Assembly: GCA_964390475.1 (NCBI GenBank)
Contig: CAYMIB010000002.1
Span: forward strand, 1 to 42,995
Direction: 5' to 3'
Source of the DNA: an uncultured Candidatus Saccharibacteria bacterium
GTDB lineage: Bacteria; Patescibacteriota; Minisyncoccia; Phycocordibacterales; DATGWK01
DNA length: 42,995 bases
Positions 28,178-33,151 of the stretch are shown one piece after another. The notes beneath the pieces were generated by a model. The model made no database searches, was not told the DNA's origin, and saw only the letters and a program-made list of their open reading frames with translations. Each line of letters opens with the position of its first letter. Positions within the stretch are counted from its first letter, which is position 1. Position numbers and translations under genes: made by a program.

Positions 28178-28438
28178 TCACTCGAACAAATAGAAGAGCT
28201 CTCCCTTCACGAGATCCTTCTCCTCAACCTCAATTTTCCCCTCAATCTCCTTAAGGATTTCTTTCCAATTCTCGGTGTTCTCACCAGTCCGGTATGTGAA
28301 TCTCTCAGCAATAGACTCACACCGTCCACCACCCTCTTGCCTTTGGCAGAGAATTCTGTCGGCCTCTTCCCGATTTTCAGCCAGAATCACGTAGCTGGTC
28401 AAGCCTGGTCCTGTGTAAATGTACGCCTTCAATTCCAT
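28178..28438 (-). CDS. Orphan 86-aa protein occupying one slot of the RNA-unit array
   Basis: The internal ATG at 28438 has the SD aAGGGGAaagtcATG. The track start at 28513 abuts the upstream terminator with no room for a promoter or RBS. Product MELKAYIYTGPGLTSYVILAENREEADRILCQ... has no motif I recognise. Confidence 0.6.
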   Translation of the reverse strand: MELKAYIYTGPGLTSYVILAENREEADRILCQRQEGGGRCESIAERFTYRTGENTENWKEILKEIEGKIEVEEKDLVKGELFYLFE

Positions 28439-28475
28439 GACTTTCCCCTTCGTTTGTGTGTTTGGATCTTTTCTC

Positions 28476-28504
28476 AGAGTATCATAAATATAAATACTTG
28501 TCAA
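28476..28504 (-). promoter_or_regulatory. Extended -10 promoter of the 86-aa ORF
   Basis: Minus strand: TTGACAagtatttatatttaTGaTACTCT with a 17-nt spacer. Confidence 0.55.
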
Positions 28505-28518
28505 ATGGACCATTCATA

Positions 28519-28800
28519 ATAAAAAAGTCGAGGATTGGTTACCTCGACGCGCACCAGGGTAAAGACTAGGCTACGAAACAAAACGGAACACTACTTTGCG
28601 AAATTGAAATTATTAGCTGAGCCTTTCGACCCAGCTAATCTACAGAGGAACAGACTGAGGTTAACGGTGCGATACGTTACCGTACGCCGCCTTAGACCAA
28701 ATTGTCAATCTCGCCTTTCAGCCAGACTGACCCGGAGAGTACTACAGTCAACAGCGGTAGACGGTAGATCACTGCACGTGAGTGAAGAACATCACGATCC
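28519..28800 (-). ncRNA. Hairpin-RNA unit U3 (2 hairpins)
   Basis: Hairpins at 28612-28639 (AUUAG.../...CUAAU base) and 28704-28731. Confidence 0.55.
28521..28548 (-). terminator. Terminator E (ends unit U3)
   Basis: Minus strand: GTCGAGG-taaccaat-CCTCGAC followed by TTTTTTATTAT. Same hairpin family as modules A-C, F and G, with a compensatory stem change. Confidence 0.65.
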
Positions 28801-28806
28801 GCACTC

Positions 28807-28862
28807 ACTATAACACGAATATCGTTTTTGTAAAATAAAAGCCAAGGGTTGGGTACCTCGGC
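28807..28862 (-). promoter_or_regulatory. Fused terminator-promoter module F
   Basis: Minus strand: GCCGAGG-tacccaac-CCTTGGC ttttatTTTACA -16 nt- TGtTATAGT. The stem has a G.U pair on the minus strand, which would be an A.C mismatch on the + strand. Confidence 0.6.
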
Positions 28863-29043
28863 GAGTAGGAAGGTGGACACCAGAAGACGATGCGAAACAC
28901 AACAGTAAAACACTGAACTTTATTTTTTTGAATTGTCAGCCCAGTTTTTCAACCGGACTGACCCGCAGACAACTACACAGCAGTAGAGTACACGTCACAT
29001 CACGCAACTCGACCGTGCAAAACGTAACCTCAATTACTTTTCT
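28833..29043 (-). ncRNA. Hairpin-RNA unit U2 (1 hairpin)
   Basis: Single hairpin at 28935-28962, identical in sequence to the inverted copy at 30833-30860. Confidence 0.55.
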
Positions 29044-29049
29044 TCAAAG

Positions 29050-29105
29050 ACAATAACATGGATTTATATTTTGTAAAATAAAAGCCAAGGATTGGTTACC
29101 TTGGC
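29050..29105 (-). promoter_or_regulatory. Fused terminator-promoter module G
   Basis: Minus strand: GCCAAGG-taaccaat-CCTTGGC ttttatTTTACA -16 nt- TGtTATTGT. The stem carries a compensatory G-C to A-U change relative to modules A-C. Confidence 0.6.
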
Positions 29106-29744
29106 GTAGAGTGGAGTACACAGAACGACACTGAAGAGTGCAAGAGGATACCGCACACCACGTCACCTCAGACCACGCTAAAGCGTCAGCTCGATTTTTC
29201 AATCAAGCTGACCCGTACCTGGGAATACAACAGCTTGCTGGACGAGAGACTAGCGTACACTACTGGACCAAAGCGTCAGCTTAGTTTTTCAACCAGGCTG
29301 ACCAGCACGGAAGTCCGGCCCACGAGACATGGCTAGACACCACTTCAAATTGTCGGCATCACCTTTCGGTGTAACCGACCGGCACAGAACTCTGCCGTAG
29401 CTTACAGGGCTATACGTAACAGAGCCACAGACAAAATTAAATTGTCGACCGTGTGTTTCCACAAGATCGACCCTTAGCACAGCACAGTTAACGGCAGAAC
29501 ACGGCAGTTCACGGCACTTGAGTGTAGATCAAAGTGTTAGCCCAGCATTTCTACCGGGTTAACCAGCAGTGTACATCACCGCACATTACCAAAGACGACG
29601 TCACGCTACGAAACCTCACTTCAAAATTGTTGGCACCGCGTCTCCGCGATGCCAACCCATAGAGCACCGGACGCGACCTGGCGATACCTAACAATACCTT
29701 GGGTGACAATACCCTGGGTGACTGTACCCAACTTAGATCGATCC
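29076..29744 (-). ncRNA. Hairpin-RNA unit U1 (6 hairpins)
   Basis: Hairpins at 29185-29212, 29275-29302, 29352-29379, 29444-29471, 29536-29563 and 29629-29656. The 5' end is inferred from the putative promoter at 29751-29779. Confidence 0.5.
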
Positions 29745-29750
29745 TCACAA

Positions 29751-29793
29751 AATCTACTATCATGTTGACACGAAGTCAACCGTATGTTAAGTT
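29751..29793. promoter_or_regulatory. Back-to-back divergent promoters sharing a palindromic -35 region
   Basis: + strand: TTGACAcgaagtcaaccgtaTGtTAAGTT (29765-29793, 17-nt spacer) for the 242-aa gene. Minus strand: TTGACT -17 nt- TAGATT (29779 down to 29751) for U1. gTTGAC-acgaa-GTCAAc is a perfect inverted repeat. Confidence 0.5.
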
Positions 29794-29880
29794 TCGCCCG
29801 GACTCAAGAGTGAGGGCGTTGTGCCGCTCGCCTGAGATTTCTTTCAAGGGCTTGAAAAAGCCACAGTACGGAGAAAGACC

Positions 29881-30609
29881 ATGAAGCGTTTGCTGATCAC
29901 GTGTGTTGGTGCGTATCCCATCATGATGGACCCGATGACTGATGAAGTGCTCGACAGCCTCGCAACAGGCGTCCGTGTTCAGATCCAGAAGGATCTGTCT
30001 CATGCCGATGTCGCTCGCAAGAAGATCTACCGCGAGAATGGCGACAAGGATGGTCGGATCGGCCTGCCGACCGAAATGCTTTTCGCGGCATTGGTTGCGG
30101 CAGGTCGCAAGGTTTCCTACCGAGGCAAAACCAATATCTCGACCGCTGAAACCTCCATGTTGCCCGGCCTGCTCACGATCAACGAGGACTTCCTGCCGTT
30201 CCCAATTCCGGACGGCGCGACCGAGCCGAAGTGGACGGTCGACAAGCGGCGTGGACGTCTGGAGAACGGTACGGCTGTGTGCTTGCGTCGTCCCAAGTTC
30301 GCCGACTGGGGTTTCGAGGTCACCATTGACTTCGATGACAAGGAGATCAGCGAGGGCAAGGTTCGAGAACTCTTCAACATCGCCGGCCGGTTCTGCGGAC
30401 TCGGATCTTTCCGACCGAGCTGCAAGGGTCCGTTTGGTCGGTTCGCGGTCCAGAAACTCGCCGACATCACGCCCACCGAATGGGCGAATGAGCCGGCTGA
30501 GGAAATCGAAGAGGGCGACGACACTGACCAGACTGGCGGCGAAGAGCGCCGGACTGGCAACAGTCATGGCAGGACCGGGACCAGGAACGGCGCGCTCGCG
30601 GGAGCTTGA
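29881..30609 (+). CDS. GC-rich 242-aa hypothetical protein with RAMP-like glycine-rich motif (possible RNA-binding/processing protein)
   Basis: SD acGGAGaaagaccATG. Of three overlapping long frames this is the only one with an RBS and a balanced composition. GLGSFRPSCKGPFGRF, near the end of the folded part, resembles the RAMP/Cas6-type G-rich loop (weak). Acidic disordered tail. The functional call is low confidence. Confidence 0.75.
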   Translation: MKRLLITCVGAYPIMMDPMTDEVLDSLATGVRVQIQKDLSHADVARKKIYRENGDKDGRIGLPTEMLFAALVAAGRKVSYRGKTNISTAETSMLPGLLTINEDFLPFPIPDGATEPKWTVDKRRGRLENGTAVCLRRPKFADWGFEVTIDFDDKEISEGKVRELFNIAGRFCGLGSFRPSCKGPFGRFAVQKLADITPTEWANEPAEEIEEGDDTDQTGGEERRTGNSHGRTGTRNGALAGA

Positions 30610-30698
30610 ACCGGCAACTGACGTTCTTCAGAAGGCAATGTTGTTTTGTAGTGCATAGTAAACAGCAGTTGCGTCATGCGCGTTTCTGTTCACTATCG

Positions 30699-30756
30699 CG
30701 GGCGTCCTGAAAAGGGCGCCCGTTTTTCTTTACTAAATCGAAATTTGTGTTATCTT
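30699..30756 (+). promoter_or_regulatory. Fused terminator-promoter module on the + strand
   Basis: CGGGCGTCCT-GAAA-AGGGCGCCCG (10 bp + GAAA) followed by TTTTTcTTTACT -16 nt- TGtTATCTT. Same layout as the minus-strand modules. Confidence 0.6.
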
Positions 30757-30762
30757 GGCGTT

Positions 30763-30964
30763 TGGACTCAAGTAGACTAGTGTTCCGTTGAGTACAGCAG
30801 GCTTGAGTATGGATCAGTTCTCTTTTCCGCGGGTCAGTCCGGTTGAAAAACTGGGCTGACGATTAGACCTCAGTTTTGTGTTCCACAGTTCGCTCGTGTG
30901 ACGTGATGTCCATTTAAGTTCCGTTTTCTGTCCGCCAGGGTATCCAATCCCTGGCTTTTATTTT
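30763..30964 (+). ncRNA. Inverted (plus-strand) hairpin-RNA unit, paralogue of U2
   Basis: Hairpin at 30833-30860 (GTCAGTCCGGTT-GAAA-AACTGGGCTGAC). Terminator GCCAGGG-tatccaat-CCCTGGC + TTTTATTTT at 30934-30964, abutting the tgt stop codon. Confidence 0.55.
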
Positions 30965-30965
30965 C

Positions 30966-32255
30966 TTACACTAGATACTTTCCCAAAAACCCCCCCTTAA
31001 ACTCCGCGAACTTCCCTTCTAAAATCGCTTGGCGCATGTTTTCTACCAAATGCACGATGAAATAAAGGTTATGAATGGTCGCCAGCGTCGCGGCCAACAT
31101 TTCATCGGCCCGAAACAAGTGTGATAGATAAGCTCTGGTGTAATTTTTGCAGGTATAGCATTCGCAGTCGGCGTCAGGCCGAGAAAAATCACGGACATAC
31201 TTTGCATTGGTGAGATTAATTTTTCCGCTCGCGGTGTACAGTCCACCGTTTCGAGCGACTCTGGTCGGCGCGACGCAGTCAAAAAGATCAACACCGTTTT
31301 CGACACCCATAAAAAGATCTTCTGGCTCGCCTATGCCGAGCAAATGTCGTGGTTTTTCTTTTGGTAAAATTTCGTTCACCCACTGTACGGCCGTGATCAT
31401 GTCTTCTTTGGCAAAAGAACCACCGATGCCGAAGCCATCGAAACTCTGACCAGAAGCTGGGCCGCGCATGTCGGCAATCGCCTGGGCGCTTTCTTTACGC
31501 AAAATCTCCGAACGGCCGCCCTGAACAATTCCAAAAAGAGCAATTGGCGGTTTGTCTGCGGCCGCCCGCTCGGCCGAAAGTTTTTGGTGATGTTCAAGCG
31601 ACCGCTTCGCCCAGCGATGAGTGCGATCGAGAGCTTCGCGTTGATAATGATTCGATTCGTGTGGCGAAGTACATTCATCAAAAGCAAAAATTATGTCGGC
31701 GCCGAGATTGTGCTGAATTTCCATCGACTTTTCCGGCGTGAAGTAATGCGCACTGCCGTCGAGATGCGACCGAAATGTCACACCGTTTGGATCAATCGAA
31801 GCGATTTTTGGTTTCTCCTCACTGTCGCGACCATTTCCACCACCAACACTTCCTTCAGTTCGTTCGGCAAGCTGTAGTTCTTCGTCGCCCTCCACTGCAT
31901 GACCTTTTACAATTTTGCTAATCCCCTTTCCATACGCCGCACCAAGAGAGAAAACCTGAAAACCGCCAGAGTCGGTCATGGTCGGCCCTGGCCAATTCAT
32001 AAATTTCTGCAAACCTCCAGCGTCACGAACGAGTTCATCGCCCGGCTGAAGAAAAAGGTGGTATGTGTTGGCCAAAACAACCTGCGCACCGGTCTCGCGA
32101 ATTTGCTCAGGGGTAAGCGACTTGATAGTGGCCTTAGTAGCCACGGGGACAAAAGCCGGGGTCAAAATAGTGCCGTGGGGAGTTATAAGTTCGCCCGCAC
32201 GAGCTCTCGTGCCAGGCAACTCGGCTTTTATATTGAAAACAAAAGGTTTTTTCAC
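30966..32255 (-). CDS. tgt: tRNA-guanine transglycosylase (queuine tRNA-ribosyltransferase) with internal insertion
   Basis: 429 aa. TPAFVPVATKATIKS, TDSGGFQVFSL, FDECT and the zinc site CECYTCKNYTRAYLSHL. Carries an extra acidic/Gly-rich segment after FSLG. Confidence 0.9.
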   Translation of the reverse strand: MKKPFVFNIKAELPGTRARAGELITPHGTILTPAFVPVATKATIKSLTPEQIRETGAQVVLANTYHLFLQPGDELVRDAGGLQKFMNWPGPTMTDSGGFQVFSLGAAYGKGISKIVKGHAVEGDEELQLAERTEGSVGGGNGRDSEEKPKIASIDPNGVTFRSHLDGSAHYFTPEKSMEIQHNLGADIIFAFDECTSPHESNHYQREALDRTHRWAKRSLEHHQKLSAERAAADKPPIALFGIVQGGRSEILRKESAQAIADMRGPASGQSFDGFGIGGSFAKEDMITAVQWVNEILPKEKPRHLLGIGEPEDLFMGVENGVDLFDCVAPTRVARNGGLYTASGKINLTNAKYVRDFSRPDADCECYTCKNYTRAYLSHLFRADEMLAATLATIHNLYFIVHLVENMRQAILEGKFAEFKGGFLGKYLV

Positions 32256-32542
32256 CTACCCATAATGATGTAAAAGAGGAACCTTGTCAAAATTACAAAT
32301 GTATGGTAAATATTGGGTAGATTGATCTTTAATAGGGATATTAAAAGCACCCTTGCTGATCAGTCTTTGTTTAGGTTCTTTTTTTGAAAATAAATCAAAA
32401 TTCAAAGAACCTTGTTTGTAAAAAATAAAGACGGAAAACCTGACATCCAAATAGCTCGTGTTCGATCGATGGATGCGCGCGTGCGTGTCCGAGCCAGACA
32501 AACCCCTAACCGAGCCCCGACCGCTGGGGCGAGGAGGCCCCC

Positions 32543-33076
32543 ATGTTCCCCAAGATCAGTGAACGTACCGCAGACTTCGTGTATGCGGAATCGTCCCGAG
32601 GTGACGCAGAAGCAAGAAAAACCCGCGTCCTGGACGAGCTTCTACGGATCGCTACACTGAATCCAGTGCTAGCCAATTTTCTGGTAGATGTCGGTTTGAT
32701 CCCGACCTACAGAAGACACCCTTCAGTAGTTCTTCACATCAATGGCTACGCTGTCGACATCTACAGGCTTGTCGAGGAAGAATGCAGGCAACAAGGATTG
32801 CGAATGCCCATTGTCGGTGGAGAAATCGGAGCGCCGATTCAGGCGGAATTCCGCAGAGGTCATCGCAAGTTCATAAGCGACGGCATTCTGACGCTTCTCC
32901 AAGAAAATCCGATCATCGTTGGCATTTCCAAAGATTGGATCATGCCATACGACGCAAAAGGTAACCATGACGCGATCCGAAAGGTCATGGACACCGGCTA
33001 TCTCTTCTTTTGCTTCTTGAAACGTCAATGGGATGTCAACGAGCTGAACACTCAGCTTGTTGGTAAGCTCAAGTAA
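32543..33076 (+). CDS. Hypothetical protein (GC-rich orphan cassette 3)
   Basis: 177 aa. Strong SD (gcGAGGAGGcccccATG), a GC-rich 5' leader and its own terminator. No motif recognised. Confidence 0.65.
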   Translation: MFPKISERTADFVYAESSRGDAEARKTRVLDELLRIATLNPVLANFLVDVGLIPTYRRHPSVVLHINGYAVDIYRLVEEECRQQGLRMPIVGGEIGAPIQAEFRRGHRKFISDGILTLLQENPIIVGISKDWIMPYDAKGNHDAIRKVMDTGYLFFCFLKRQWDVNELNTQLVGKLK

Positions 33077-33090
33077 TATCCAAACCTCAA

Positions 33091-33123
33091 ACGCCACGCC
33101 TTAACCGGCCTGGCGTTTTTTCT
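33091..33123 (+). terminator. Intrinsic terminator of the 32543-33076 cassette
   Basis: ACGCCAcGCCttaaccGGCcTGGCGT followed by TTTTTTTC. Confidence 0.7.
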
Positions 33124-33151
33124 TTCATATTGTGAGTGGCTCGTGGCGTCA

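Larger units (their letters stand above)
26207..29656 (-). repeat. Family of 26 fixed-geometry hairpins (12-bp stem + GNRA tetraloop) with covarying stems
   Basis: 25 copies are exactly 28 nt and one is 26 nt. Loops on the minus strand are GAAA (most), GGAA, GAGA or CAAA. The stem base is often GUCAG/CUGAC but is also GUCGG/CCGAC, GUUGG/CCAAC, GCUAG/CUAGC, AUUAG/CUAAU or CUCGA/UUGAG. Minus-strand flanks approximate CURYAG-G before and AAUUU after. Start-to-start spacing is 76-106 nt. Confidence 0.8.

Noticed and set aside
28439-28513. Longer 111-aa version of the small ORF, starting at 28513
   Set aside because: That ATG lies 13 nt after the terminator E stem (its T-run ends 7 nt before the ATG), with no promoter or RBS. 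The promoter (28476-28504) lies inside the extension, and the internal ATG at 28438 has a good SD.
26390-29105. Reading the boundary modules as + strand promoters (ATAACA -35, TAAAAT -10) that start RNAs with a 5' hairpin
   Set aside because: The spacer would be only 15-16 nt and the -35 poor. The minus-strand reading gives TTTACA-16/17-TGnTATnnT with invariant key positions, a hairpin plus U-run terminator, and G.U rather than A.C pairs.
26115-29744. Canonical CRISPR array
   Set aside because: The hairpin repeats are not sequence-identical; only geometry, loop class and short flanks are conserved. Start-to-start spacing is 76-106 nt with 48-78-nt linkers, not the ~60-70-nt period of a CRISPR array. 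The array is interrupted by internal promoters and terminators, and no cas1/cas2 or effector genes are present. A CRISPR-like logic remains only a hypothesis.
26093-29763. Track ORFs inside the array: 26093-26422 +, 26200-26457 -, 26721-26972 -, 27658-27864 -, 27761-27982 +, 27870-28112 +, 28535-28813 +, 28692-28913 -, 29289-29480 -, 29551-29763 -
   Set aside because: They run across terminator-promoter modules and hairpins. They lack an RBS and have odd compositions rich in Cys, Arg and Trp. They are not conserved between paralogous units.
29776-30658. Alternative long frames overlapping the 242-aa gene: 29776-30567 -, 29942-30658 +, 30117-30560 -
   Set aside because: These are typical shadow ORFs of a GC-rich gene, rich in Arg, Ser, Pro and Ala. 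None has an SD, whereas the chosen frame has GGAG 7 nt upstream of its ATG.
23457-30964. REP/BIME elements with an associated RAYT transposase. The 242-aa gene is flanked by hairpins in inverted orientation, as RAYT genes are.
   Set aside because: The 242-aa protein has no HUH motif and no catalytic-Tyr pattern. None of the other intergenic regions in the remaining ~36 kb carries the hairpin. GNRA loops and G.U asymmetry indicate selection at the RNA level. Genome-wide scanning is still needed to exclude this fully.
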